NCBI RefSeq assembly: GCF_001194135.2
Contig: NC_068984.1
Span: 129,420,967 to 129,484,966 of the forward strand
Direction of reading: 5' to 3'
DNA length: 64,000 nucleotides
DNA from: Octopus bimaculoides
Taxonomy: Eukaryota
Of the stretch, positions 13,701 to 26,970 are shown piece after piece; position 1 is the stretch's first letter, and every line of letters begins with the position of its first letter. The notes below the pieces were generated by a model. It was not told where the DNA came from. It saw only the letters and a program-made list of their open reading frames with translations, and did not search any database. The position numbers were made by a program, and so were the translations under genes.

Positions 13701-14094
13701 TTCATTACAGCTAAGAAAAGGAGTGATAATGAAAGTGATTTAGAAGAAAACCAATGCAAGAAAGTAAACCAAAATAAATTTAGTTTAATGTCAGTTGTCA
13801 GAAAATGGCTTAATGACCCCAAGTTTGGCTGAAGTTTGTAAAATAAGCCATAGTGACTCATCTGGGAGCATTACTATATTTGAGAAACATCTAGAGAAAC
13901 ACTTTAAAAAAAAAAAAAAAGAGTAAAAGCATAATTGTGTGGTTAAGAGGTTTGCTTCCCAACCTCATGGTTTCAGATTCAGTTCCATTGTTAGGCACTT
14001 TGGGCAAATGTCTTCTACTATAGCCCTGGGTCAAACAAAGACTTGTGAGTGGATTTAATGGATAGAAATTGAAAGAAGCCTGTCGTGTGTGTGC

Positions 14095-14125
<31 letters not shown>

Positions 14126-15570
14126 TGTCTCTCTCTCTCTCTGCATATCTTTCATTTGACATCACACAATAGTTGTAAGCGAGCATCACCATCACACAAA
14201 TAGTGTCCTTCATTTCCAACATTCTGGGTAAACATGTCAGGCATGGAGAACTAATACTTTGTTTGGAACAAATGCTGGTTGATGAAAGGAAGGGAATCTG
14301 GCCACAGGAAATCTACCTCAACAAATTCCATCTGACCCATACAAGCATGGAAAAGTGGACATCAAAACAATGATGATGCTGAAACAAGTGCTCATACATC
14401 AAAAGACGATGATTTTGTATAGCCTTTTACCTCTTCAAATAGCATATCTCACGTCGCTTCCTATGAACTGATTATGTGTATTTGTCACTGAATACAAATT
14501 CCCCATTTCAATATACTGATCCTCATTTATCATGAGGTAGTGGTTACAAAAAACCAGTGGTAAATGAATCATTTCCACACATTTTGTAAATGGAGGTAAT
14601 AGTAGATTCATTGACACCAAAGTTATGGCCTAGAGTGGCAAAGCTTTACCATCATGTTTTCTCAATCATCTCTACTTTTCCTGTAGGGAATACACTTGTC
14701 TGCATCATTTGTTAGGATCAGAAATATTCATATTTGTTCACTGATTCCATGTTGATGAATATATGTACATAAATCCAAATATGCAGCTTTACAACACAGT
14801 CATGTAAACACAAGTAATAATTAGTGCGTTCGAAGTAGCTGAACATTGTGGATGATCACTAGGGTACATTTCTGCCATCCAAGCAGAATTTTTGACTGCT
14901 GGCCAACCCATGCTATTACAGATCAATCTGTGATAAACATAACATGGATCACAATTGAGCATCCTGGATAGATAATGAGCTGGTGATAAATGGGGCTACA
15001 TTTACAAATCATCTTTCAAGTTTTCTAACTAACACATATGCTGATTCTAAAACTGTTACAAGACAAAAAGGAATGGCTAATTTGGGGAATACTTGGAAAT
15101 TCCTACAGCACAATAAAAGAAGAATCCAAATTAAGTATTGAAGAAAAATCCAAACCACTTTAAAGAACTTGAAGACTTTCACATCAAACTAAGAAATGTA
15201 CAACTCTTTTGTCATCTAGTATGTTTGCTAATTTACAGCTATTTGAAGTTTTAGATCCCAAAAGGTGTCTCAAGGACAGACATCTTTAATTATCCTAATG
15301 GCTAGGAAACATCCTGATATTATTGAGGTGAAAGAGTATGAAGAGAATTATGAGAGTTAACCTTGCAAAACACTGAAATTTCAGAACTGACATAATATTT
15401 CTCAAGAAAAATGTGGAAGTAAATTTCATTTCTCAATTATCTAAAAATTAATGATAAATTTACTATCATTGTCTCAGTCTTCAGTTGTAACTGAAAGGGC
15501 GTTTTCTTTGATAAATAATATGACAGCACAAATTGTACCCAGCTAAGTACAAAAAACATTAATATATGAA
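13701..15570 (+). pseudogene. Decayed hAT-superfamily transposase relic, interrupted by a SINE at ~13925-14395
   Basis: Fragments in shifting frames: RKWLNDPKF and CKISHSDSSGSITIFEKHLEKH (zinc-finger-like), and KLMINLLSLSQSSVVTERAFSLINNM (hAT C-terminal dimerisation motif, S..ERxFS). Many stops. Confidence 0.55.
13925..14375 (+). mobile_element. SINE with family A head and RTE-like tail
   Basis: Same structure as 10115-10530. Confidence 0.75.
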
Positions 15571-16949
15571 AGAAAAAAAATCATCTCATAAAACATAGGT
15601 ACAGAATGGCAACTGTCTGAAAAATTGTTCAGGAAAGAAAAAAAGAACTGAAAGAAACCAAATTGTATTCCAAAAAAGAAAATCACGAAGTTGTTGATAA
15701 TTTTTTGTTATTTAATTTAGTGAATTCCAAGAACTTTTGGGTAAATTTTAGAAAATGAAAGTCAACTGGCAACCTTCAAGTTGACATCGCTTCCATACAC
15801 ATTTGCTAATACAGCCAGGTCGGGCTATTTTTCTCACAAGTTATCATTGATTATCTGTCACATTATTTTCAGCTCATTCCTGTTACAAATATTTTTCACA
15901 TACAGTCTGAGTTTCACTTCTATGTCAGCTGTTTTAGAAAGGAGAAATGATATGGTAGATAAGTTTGAAACAGAGAGAAGAGGAACAGTGAAGATAGCTA
16001 GCACTTCCATTGTCAACTGATCAAAGAAACAGAATATAACTGAAATAAATAATGCAAACATCAACACAAAACTATAATGAAGACACAGAATAACAAAAGA
16101 AGGAAGAAATACACATGAACAGAAACAGAAATCTAAAATAAAAACTGACCTGACTTGATAATCAAAGATCATAATTCCAGAGTGTGAACACGGACTGATG
16201 TCATATCAAGCTGAGAAAAATATATATCAAAGAGGTTTTTTTTAAAAATTTCCAAAATGCCAGGAAGGACCTGGAAATAGAAATCAAAAGTCCATCGAAA
16301 ATTGTAACCAGAACCATACCTATCACATTAGGAGTTCTGAGAACAAACAGAAGAAATAAGCTGAAAATTTTAAATTTAAAAAAAAAACAAAAAAACCTAC
16401 GTGTTCATATTTTAACCTTCCATCATTTTATGCAAGAACCATTGTGTTATGTTTCAAACGCCAACTTAATATCCACCAAATTCTGGATTCTTTTCTAAAT
16501 TAAATGAAATACATTAACAGTATTTCAATAGAAACTTGGTCACAAAAGTGTTGAGTTCAGACAGCAAGATAAGAAATTTGTTCCTTCTTTTTTTTTGTTT
16601 TTGCAGCAGCAGCAGCAGCCATTATGTGTTGTGCTTTAAGGTAATGTATGAAATTTGTTTCAGTCTGCCNNNNNNNNNNNNNNNNNNNNNNNNNNNNNNN
16701 NNNNNNNNNNNNNNNNNNNNNNNNNNNNNNNNNNNNNNNNNNNNNNNNNNNNNNNNNNNNNNNNNNNNNNNNNNNNNNNNNNNNNNNNNNNNNNNNNNNN
16801 NNNNNNNNNNNNNNNNNNNNNNNNNNNNNNNNNNNNNNNNNNNNNNNNNNNNNNNNNNNNNNNNNNNNNNNNNNNNNNNNNNNNNNNNNNNNNNNNNNNN
16901 NNNNNNNNNNNNNNNNNNNNNNNNNNNNNNNNNNNNNNNNNNNNNTTGA

Positions 16950-18530
16950 ATGATATACACAACTTACTCTTCACAAATCACACAAGGGGCTTCTCTTTTG
17001 TCACCTGACCTGCTCAATGTAGCAGTCAATTTTCTCAACAATAAACTCCCTTACTGTATTTAAAATAAAAGAACTGAATTTTTAAATTCTAATTTTAGAC
17101 CTGTGTATTCAAAAACAAGAAATAGAACCAATGGAGACAGACTAATTGGACATCTTGGATAAGTAAATTTTTTTGATTCTGTGATATTTTCATGAAAAAC
17201 CAGATGTTGTAATGCAGAAAGTAGTATAGCTGTCATAATATCATTCATGAACACCAAACACTGGCTTTCCAATTACAATCAATATCATAACCAACATCTC
17301 TAACAATAACAGAGATAACCACAAATAATCACTTTCACAGACAATCATTGCTTTTTCACCTTACTAATCACCAAAAAGGTTTCTTTAAATCCAGTCCCAC
17401 CATCAATTTACCTTACACTAGTCATCTCATATCCATGAGAACTTTGACGAAAGTAAAGTCAATGCTCTTGATATCAGCAAATGTCAGAATTGTCCAGCAA
17501 GGCTTCTTACTTTTGAACTCTACCCCAACAAATTGATTAAAAGCTTTCTGACAAGCCAATGGGTTAGTAAAGTATGGAGAAAAACTCCTTCCAACTGTGA
17601 TTGCTATCATCTTTTGTAAATTCTATTTCTTGCCACTTTCAAACATATTGGTTCTTACCAGTCTATACCCTATCCTCTATCCATTTCTGCATATAATATT
17701 TATACAAAACCGCTTCCTAGTACCATATACCCTTCAAGAATAGAGATTCCTAAAATATTTTGAAATTTCTTAGTAGCATAATTCAACAGCACCAACTCAA
17801 AGAAAGAACCAAAATATTACATCATCTTAGATAAGTAAGTTTTTTTTGATTCTGTGATATTTTCATGAAAAACCAGATGTTGTAATGCAGAAAGTAGTAT
17901 AGCTGTCATAATATCATTCATGAACACCAAACACTGGCTTTCCAACTACAATCAATATCATAATCAAAATATTACACACAACTCAAATCATGCTGCCTGC
18001 AACATGAAATATTCTCACAAATAAACACTTATATCAATATAGACATCTCTTATATACATATAACAACTGAACATTCATCAATTACTTGACAAATATATTC
18101 ACTACAACACCACCAGTTTGGCAATCATCCCAACACAAAACAGTGCCAAGTGAATAGACTCACTCCTATAAATGGAACAATTTAAACAATCAGCATGGGA
18201 ATATAGAAATATTAAAATACAATTGCAGCCGGAGTCAGAAACCAATATTCACTTAAAGGAAGTGAATATTGGAGCCACTCAAAATATCATACTACACAGT
18301 TCTATAAAACCACTATGAAGCTTTCTAAACAGAATACTTTAATAAAATTTGCTTCCATAAAACTGCTTGTGGCTTTAACAATACATTTCTCGGAGCCTGA
18401 CATTTATAAAACAAGGACATTTGCATCAGAAGTGAGATCAATCAAACAATGAATAAAATCTTTAAAGTGACAAGAAATGATATTCCCAGTTTATTTTAAG
18501 TAAGTAAAAATATGGAAGAATGTAATAGAG
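16950..18530 (-). mobile_element. Highly decayed CR1/L2-like LINE (RT region)
   Basis: Frame-hopping fragments KWIEDRV*TGKNQYV, ILTFADIKSI (FADD-like) and RDVGYDIDCNWKAS (CR1 RDLGVIVD-like) lie in the expected order on the minus strand. Confidence 0.5.
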
Positions 18531-19022
18531 ACTGACTAAGGAAAATTGAAATAGACAAAATTACCTAAAGATAAGATGAGCTACAAATACCATAAAAAGC
18601 CGTGTAATCTGTGCACCTGTGTAGTTTACACAGGTGATTTTCAGGATAAAATTTGTTAAAAAAAAAGCTTCTACTCATGTAAAATTCGCACCCAAAAGTT
18701 TTCAGAATTACCAATATAGCCAGGGAAAAAAGGTTTTCAATTAAGTTGTATTTAGCACTCCACAGACACGTGTACACTTAACGTAGTTCTCAGGGAGGTT
18801 CAGCATGACACAGAGTGTGACAAGGCTCGAGCTTTGAAATGAAGGTACTATTCATGTTTACTAGCTGAGTGGACTGGAGCAATGTGAAATAAAGTGTCTT
18901 GCTCAAGGACACAATGCATCGCTGGGAATTGAACTCATGATCTTACGATCGTGAGCTGAATGCCCTAACCACTAAGTCACGTGCCCTCTCACACACACAC
19001 ATATACATACATACATACATAC

Positions 19023-19070
<48 letters not shown>

Positions 19071-19510
19071 NNNNNNNNNNNNNNNNNNNNNNNNNNNNNN
19101 NNNNNNNNNNNNNNNNNNNNNNNNNNNNNNNNNNNNNNNNNNNNNNNNNNNNNNNNNNNNNNNNNNNNNNNNNNNNNNNNNNNNNNNNNNNNNNNNNNNN
19201 NNNNNNNNNNNNNNNNNNNNNNNNNNNNNNNNNNNNNNNNNNNNNNNNNNNNNNNNNNNNNNNNNNNNNNNNNNNNNNNNNNNNNNNNNNNNNNNATTTT
19301 TAGAATGACATAGGTGTAAGAACCCAGATCTGGCAAGTTTGAACATAAAAAAAAAAACAGGTAGAATATTTGAGCCAGATATGGCTGATTTAATTGCTAA
19401 AGGGTTAAAATTATTTATTTACATAGCTTCCTGAAACTTCCGTATTTCATAATATACATATATGTACGTGTAGATCAAGTTACCATGACCTACATATATT
19501 TTCACAAAAT

Positions 19511-20325
19511 GCTAGAATAAGAATAGTCTGGGAAAAGTTCAGAGAGCTCTTACCTCTGCCGGTGACAAAGGGCCTCTCGTTCAGAGTAAAAGGTAGACTG
19601 TATGATGCATGTGTACGAACAGCCATACTACACAGCAGTGAAAAATAGGCCATGACTGCTGAAGACAAGTGTAAGCTTGCAAGGAATGAAGCTAGTATGC
19701 TCTGCTGGATGTGTAATGTCAGTGTGCATACATGACAGAGTAAGCGCCCTGAGAGAAAAGCTGGATTTAAGAAGCATCAGATGTGGTGTGCAAGAGAGAC
19801 GANNNNNNNNNNTGAAGCACAACCTTCGAACATTGGGTCTTACTGAGGCAATGACTAGTGACTGAGACCTTTGGAGATATGCTGTGCTTGAGAAGACCCA
19901 ACAAGCCAAGTGAAACCATAACCTATGCCAGTAGGTGTAACCAGCCCACTTATGAATACCCCTCATTCATTGGACAATAAACTTTACTTGCGAAGACTCA
20001 TTTAGGTAAGTGAAATCATAATCAAAATCGCTGACGTGGCCGATAACAGTACCACCTGACTGGCTCCAGTGCTGGTGGCACGTAAAAAGCACCATTCAAG
20101 CGTGGTTGATGCCAGTACAGCCTGACTAGCCCTTGTGCCAGTGGCACGTAAAAAGCACCCACTACACTCTCCGAGTGCTTGGCGTTAGGAAGGGCATCCA
20201 GCTGTAGAAACTATGCCAGATCGGATTGGAGCCTGGTACAGCCTTCTGGCTTGCTAGCCCTCAGTCAAACAATCCAACCCATGCCAGCATGGAAAGTGGA
20301 CACTAAACGACGATGATGATGATGA
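19511..20325 (+). mobile_element. RTE-clade LINE 3' fragment (end of ORF, 3' UTR and (GAT)n tail)
   Basis: RIVWEKFRELLPLPVTKGLSFRVKGRLYDACVRTAILHSSE...ARNEASMLCWMCNVSV...LREKLDLRSIRCGVQERR...RTLGLTEAMTSD*DLWRYAVLEKT (stop 19911-19913), followed by the tail ...CCAACCCATGCCAGCATGGAAAG...AAACGACGATGATG. Confidence 0.85.
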
Positions 20326-20580
20326 GTCATTAGCTTGTGGCCACGGTGGGGCAACATCTTGAAGAATTTTTAGTAGAATGAATCAATCTCCAGCACTTTT
20401 TTTTTTGCCAAGCCACTAAGTTATGGGACATAAACACACCAACAACAGTTGTCAAGTGGTGATGGGGGACAAACACACATGAAAGGCTTCTTTCAGTTTC
20501 TGTCTACAAAATCCACTCAGAAGACTTTGGTTGGCCCAAGGCTATAATAGAACACACAAGCCCAAGGTACACACACACAC

Positions 20581-20918
20581 ACATCATCATCATCATCATC
20601 GTTTAATGTCCGCTTTCCATGCTAGCATGGGTTGGACGATTTGACTGAGGACTGGTGAAACCGGATGGCAACACCAGGCTCCAATCTGATTTGGCAGAGT
20701 TTCTACAGCTGGATGCCCTTCCTAATGCCAACCACTCAGAGAGTGTAGTGGGTTCTTTTACATGTCACCCGCACGAAGGCCACTCAGCCGGTACTGGCAA
20801 CGGCCACGCTCAAAATGGTGTATTTTATGTGCCACCCGCACAAGAACCAGTCCAGGGGCACTGGCAACGATCTCGCTCAAAAATCCTACAAAGGCCAGTC
20901 AGGCGGTACTGGCAACGG

Positions 20919-20925
<7 letters not shown>
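20581..20925 (-). mobile_element. 5'-truncated RTE LINE 3' tail
   Basis: Reverse complement of the 20160-20325 tail. Further copies lie at ~11120-11320(+), 34100-34265(+), 38880-39030(+), 50690-50860(-) and 55165-55340(-). Confidence 0.85.
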
Positions 20926-20982
<57 letters not shown>

Positions 20983-21630
20983 CATCAATAAGAATGAAGG
21001 TGAAAAGTCACCTTCATTCTTACTCAGTATCATCATCATCGTTTTAACATCCACTTTTCCATGCTTACACGGGTGGTCATATGGAGTTTACTGAGGTAGA
21101 TTTTTCAAAGTTGGATGCCCTTCTTGTTACCAACCCTCACCAGTTTCCAACATAACATAACATTTCCCTATAACCAGGCAAATTTTCACAGAATATTGGA
21201 AGTGAATGACATTCATTTACAGCAATCACACAATGTCAAGACAAACAGACACAAACATACATGTTTGTACATACATATACTGTACAAAAAAAAACCCCCT
21301 AAAATGTTACTTTCTATCTAACATTAATATCACTAGGCCATGTTCAAAACACCAGCTTAAAATAAATGTAAATGTAATTTCCTTGTGTAATACCAAAATT
21401 AAAAGAACCACAGTGTCCTGCATTATAAATACGGCCTTGTAATTGTTAAACAAGTATCCCTTACAGCTTAAAATTCAGCAAAAACTAAATAGTAGTTGAT
21501 TATTTGTTTTTAATTCTTTCTTCGTCTTTGTTTCCCTTTGAACATAGCTCTTCAACTCCAAAGAACATCTAACTGCTATAGCAATATTGTAGACATCAGA
21601 CAAAGCCTTTTATCTACATAGTGTAACTAT

Positions 21631-22011
21631 TGTTGTTGGCACTCCGTCGCTTACGATGTCGAGGGTTCCAGTTGATCCGATCAACAGAACAGCCTGCTTG
21701 TGAAATTAACGTGCAAGTGGCTGAGCACTCCACAGACACGTGTACTCTTAATGTAGTTCTCGGGGAGATTCAGCATGACACGTGTGACAAGGCCGAACCT
21801 TTGAATTACAGGCACAACAGAAACAGGAAGTAAGAGTGAGAGAACGTTGTGGTGAAAGAGTACAGCAGGGTTCGCCACCATCCCCTGCTGGAGCCTCGTG
21901 GAGCTTTAGGTGTTTTCGCTCAATAAACACTCACAACGCCCGATCTGGGAATCGAAACCGCAATCCTATGACCGCGAGTCCGCTGCCCTAACCACTGGGC
22001 CATTGCACCTC
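21631..22011 (-). mobile_element. tRNA-derived SINE family C
   Basis: Near-identical reverse complement of 24903-25293; tRNA-like head AATGGCCCAGTGGTTAGGGCAGCGGACTC...TTTCGATTCCC. Confidence 0.9.
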
Positions 22012-23322
22012 TACTATAAACAAGCACACAAAAAGAAAAATCAGATTATAATGTCAAAAAAATAAAAAATGTATAAATCTGTGTAACCTACTACTTGCTT
22101 AATTTGAGTGATAATGATTAGAGATTACTGATCAACATATCACAGATGACAAATTCCCCTATGTTATTCCTTTCTTGAAGATATTTTCACTTAGCATCCT
22201 AAATTTATGTCAGATGATTGACATTAATCAAAGACAATAGTATAACTGCTCTGAGAAATTATGGAACAATAAAAAAAAACTAATATGGAAAAAACCAATA
22301 TAATAGTAAAAATACCTTTGTCAGAAATGAATTTGTGAGTGAAGTTTTGCATTTCTCATCATCAGAGATTGAGGTTAAAATGAAGGTTATGCTTTCTTAC
22401 CTGAACAACATAACTATGTAGTGGTAATGCAATTTAGATAAAACATAATAGGTGGTAAAGCTTGCAGCAAATTTGTCTCTGTGTTTGAGAAAGTCATTAA
22501 AATCAATGCTCTTAATTCCTCGAACTGGCAACACAATGAACCAGTTTTCCTGAGTTACATGCAACATATTTGTATTGTCTATAGAGCAGAATTCCTTGCT
22601 TAATGCCAGAGAGTTTCTAAAAGAATCAGAAACTAACCACTAGCTTCAAAAGCTATCGAGACTCATAAGTAACTAAATTAACAGAGCCTCATTTCTCATT
22701 TTGTCCCAGGGCCCTTGTACAATATCTTAATTTTGATAGGGGTGCCATAATATTTTTCCACTGTATATGTGAGGCAAAGATTACATAGGGTCTTTTTATT
22801 TACCCACAATTTTACTGGTTCCTGTTAAGCTCCTGTTTATCCCATTTTTACCTGCATGGTATACCTGCATACCAATGCCTGGGGATAATACAAGTAACAG
22901 ATACCAATAGTATATACAGATATGTTATCTCTTAGTTGGTTATTATAACCACTAACTCTGTTTACACTATATATATATGTATATATAATATAGATTTTAT
23001 CAAAAGATTAAATGTGGTACTTAAAATGTTTGAGGCACCAGAATTTGGTAGGGTAAAAACCAAAAAGAAAATCAAGTGATTTGGTGAATAAAATTTGAAG
23101 AAAGCAACAAAAATTCAATAGGTTATAGCAGTACGTACGTTTCGTACAAGCTCCATTTATTGTATATATATATGTATATTCCATTTATTGTCCTCTATTC
23201 CGTTTTTGTTCTATTTTTTANNNNNNNNNNNNNNNNNNNNNNNNNNNNNNNNNNNNNNNNNNNNNNNNNNNNNNNNNNNNNNNNNNNNNNNNNGTGTGTG
23301 TGTGTGTGTGTGTGTGTGTGAG

Positions 23323-23353
<31 letters not shown>

Positions 23354-24138
23354 GATATTACGTATGTTATGGAAAGTATGGGCTATTTATGGAGTGCTCC
23401 TAGAGAGCCAATACGAAAAAATGCAGAGAAGAGGAAATTGAAAACGCAAACCATAGGCAAACAGATTCCCAAATGCATGAATGAAGACATTAAATCAATG
23501 TAATTAAATCATATATATTTATATACATCAACATAATCATGCATGTAAAGGTGTAAAGATTCTCCAAAGGTATAAAGAATAAAACCAACCATACGTAAAA
23601 AATATACAATATAAAAACATATGAAAATACATATAAAATTACATATAAATGAAGATTACATGTAAAGAGTTATGCGTGATAAATATAGGAGGTGCAAAAC
23701 GAATGAGAGGTTGATAAATACAGGAATAAAAACATCAACCTTCTAAATGGCCAACTGCCTAAACCGTCTACAAATTCCTTATAGATCTGCGATATAAGGT
23801 AGAAATGATGCAAGATATCAAGGTTAAGTAAAGTAAATAAAATAGAATCCGAAAATAGGAGGGTGTTCCATCTACAGCCATTTCAGGGGTACATTACCGG
23901 TTATGGTTAAAAAATTAAATATTCCATATATGCAATGTCCACATCATCGAGATGATGGCCTCCTTGGTAGCTGCCATCATACTAATAGAATCAAGAGTTC
24001 CTAATAAAATGTTTTACAGCTCGTATGCAAATATATATNNNNNNNNNNNNNNNNNNNNNNNNNNNNNNNNNNNNNNNNNNNNNNNNNNNNNNNNNNNNNN
24101 NNNNNNNNNNNNNNNNNNNNNNNNNNNNNNNNNNNNNN

Positions 24139-24181
<43 letters not shown>

Positions 24182-24470
24182 TCGACAGAGACATATACAT
24201 AAATATATACACACACACACATCAACATATACGTACATACATATATGCACACACACATATATATGCAAACACATGCATATATGCAAACACATATGCACAG
24301 GCACATATACACATACACATGAATACAATACACACATGTACACAATACATACACTCACACATACACAATACATACATACATATGCACACGATACATACAC
24401 ACACACACATATACACAGTACATACACATGCACACAGTACATACATACATACACACACATATTTATCCAG
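24139..24470. repeat. Compound (TA)n/(CA)n/(TACA)n low-complexity tract
   Basis: Read directly; it accounts for the H/T/I/Y- and C/V/Y-rich ORFs in the track. Confidence 0.9.
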
Positions 24471-24902
24471 TGCAATTTAAACCTTAATAAATGATCAGTA
24501 CATAGACAAATGACCAGGACACAGAATATCATGCATATTTCTAGAACTCATGCATAGTCATTGTTATCTTTTGTCAAATCTGGCTTTCAGTGCTAGAAAG
24601 AGAATATGTGGAAGAAGAAAAGAAACAAAAACATTTCGTAACACCATCTTACATTTTATTCATTGATATAGGCTGATTATTAAGTACATAATGCAAATCA
24701 CATAATCAAGGCTTAATGTCAAATAGTCAAAGATATGTAACTTTTATAAATAACATTGTTAGAATGAAAAGACAGAATTCACCATTATGGGAATGGCTGC
24801 TAGGTATATTCTGCTATCTTTTCAATCCAATAATATTATGTAGAAAGGCGGCGAGGTCCCTGTAAAGATCTTTATTGGTCATCTTCTATTGTCATTTGAT
24901 GT

Positions 24903-25293
24903 GGAGGCGCAATGGCCCAGTGGTTAGGGCAGCGGACTCATGGTCATAGGATCGCAGTTTCAATTCCCAGACCGGGCGTTGTGAGTGTTTATTGAGCGAA
25001 AACACCTAAAGCTCCACGAGGCTCCGGCAGGGGATGGTGGTGAACCCTGCTGTACTCTTTCACCACAACTTTCTCTCACTCTTACTTCCTGTTTCTGTTG
25101 TGCCTGTAATTCAAAGGGTCAGCCTTGTCACACTGTCACGCTGATTATCCCCGAGAACTACGTTAAGGGTACACGTGTCTGTGGAGTGCTCAGCCACTTG
25201 CACGTTAATTTCATGAGCAGGCTGTTCCGTTGATCGAATCGACTGGAACCCTCGACGTCGTAAGCGACGGAGTGCTGACAACAACAACAACAA
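24903..25293 (+). mobile_element. tRNA-derived SINE family C (full length)
   Basis: GGAGGCGCAATGGCCCAGTGGTTAGGGCAGCGG head; ends ...GTAAGCGACGGAGTGCTG(ACA)n. Confidence 0.9.
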
Positions 25294-26349
25294 CTGTCAT
25301 TGGATACTCAGTACATATTAGAGTAAATGGGTGTAGCAATCTGTCAAGTCATTCCTGCAACATTTTTGTCAGGGTCCAAGTTTTCAACCATTGCTTTGAA
25401 GAAGTCATGTTCTTCAAAGCAATGGTTGAAAGAACTCAATATACTTTACAGTATTAGTGAGGTCTGGTAGCAAAGCAATGTTAATTGCCAAACATTCTCT
25501 GTTCCTATTTGAACCAGAAGGTCAGTATAGTGTTTATCATGAATTAATAAATAAATGACAAAAGAACAGCATTTACATAATCACCCTCATAAGTTAACAG
25601 CTCTCTTGGCTATGAGAAAGCATGCACTCGGATTTGGGCATCAGTGCAGCATTTTATAGCTTCCTCAGAGACACATGTGTGTACATATATACACACAAAT
25701 ACACCACACATATATATACATACACAAACACACACATATATACATACATAGATATATATACACACACAAACATACACATATACATACATACATAGATATA
25801 CATACACTCACAAACATTATATATATGCATACATACATACAATATATATATATATATACACACACACTCCGATATGATCTCTGGTGCAAGCAAAGCTGTG
25901 CAGTTAAAAAATTTGCCTCCCAACCATGAGGTCTCAGGTTCAGTCCCACCGTGCAGTACTTTGAGCAAGTGTCTTCTACTGCAGCCCTGGGCCAACCAAA
26001 CCCTTGGGGGAACAGAAATTGAAAATAAGCCTATCATATGTACAAATGTATATATACATATATACAGGCGTATTTACGTATATCTATATGAGTATATGTG
26101 TATATGCATGTGTGTGTGTGTGTGTGTGTGTATCTAAACATGTATATGGTCTATGTCATATTTGTGTTTTATTCTGAAATGCACCAGAAATACAAGGATT
26201 CAATAACAAAGCACACAGCCATAAGTAGAGTTGCTAAGCTGATGCTAATCCACCATAAAATTGAATTTGTGTTGAAAACAAGGGCTTTAGTGTCTAAATC
26301 TAGTCATGATACTATAGATACAAAACCAAATTTATTTATAAAAGTGAAG

Positions 26350-26490
26350 TCTGGTAAGAAGCCTGCTTCCCAACTTCATGGTTCAGGTTCAGCCTCACTG
26401 TGTGGCACTTTGGGTGTCTTCTACTACAGCTTTGCACTAACCAAAGCCTTGTGAGTGGATCTGGTAGACAGAAACTGAAAGAAGCCCATC

Positions 26491-26540
<50 letters not shown>

Positions 26541-26688
26541 GATGATGATGATCTATGTGTGTCTTAGTGCCTGTGTTTGTACACCCCACCATCGCCACTT
26601 GACAATGGGTGTTGGTGTGTTTACATCTCCATAAATTAGCAGTTTGGCAAAAGAGACTGATAGAATAAGTACTAAGTTNNNNNNNNNN

Positions 26689-26725
<37 letters not shown>

Positions 26726-26970
26726 GATGATGATGATCTATGTGTGTCTTAGTGCCTGTGTTTGTACACCCCACCATCGCCACTTGACAATGGGTGTTGG
26801 TGTGTTTACATCTCCATAAATTAGCAGTTTGGCAAAAGAGACTGATAGAATAAGTACTAAGTTTTTAAAAAATAAGTCCTGAGGTTGATTTGTTTGACTA
26901 AAACCCCTCAAGGTGGTGCTCCAGCATGGCCACAGTCAAATGACTAGAACGAGTAAAAGAATAAAAGAAT
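26350..26970 (+). mobile_element. SINE family A copy (middle duplicated across a 10-N gap)
   Basis: Head at 26350-26490, tail to ~26970. Confidence 0.75.

Noticed and set aside
20040-20925. Short repeated units (GGTGGCACGTAAAAAGCACC and CGGTACTGGCAACGGCCAC) as a CRISPR-like array
   Set aside because: The DNA is eukaryotic, the units are irregularly spaced parts of the RTE 3' UTR, and there are no cas genes.
22321-22364. Box C (TGATGA)/box D (CTGA) pair suggesting an intronic snoRNA on the minus strand
   Set aside because: It spans only ~44 nt, with no terminal stem and no recognisable guide.
26494-26863. Apparent tandem duplication of a SINE middle section
   Set aside because: It flanks a 10-N gap (26679-26688) and is near-identical, so it is treated as an assembly artefact.
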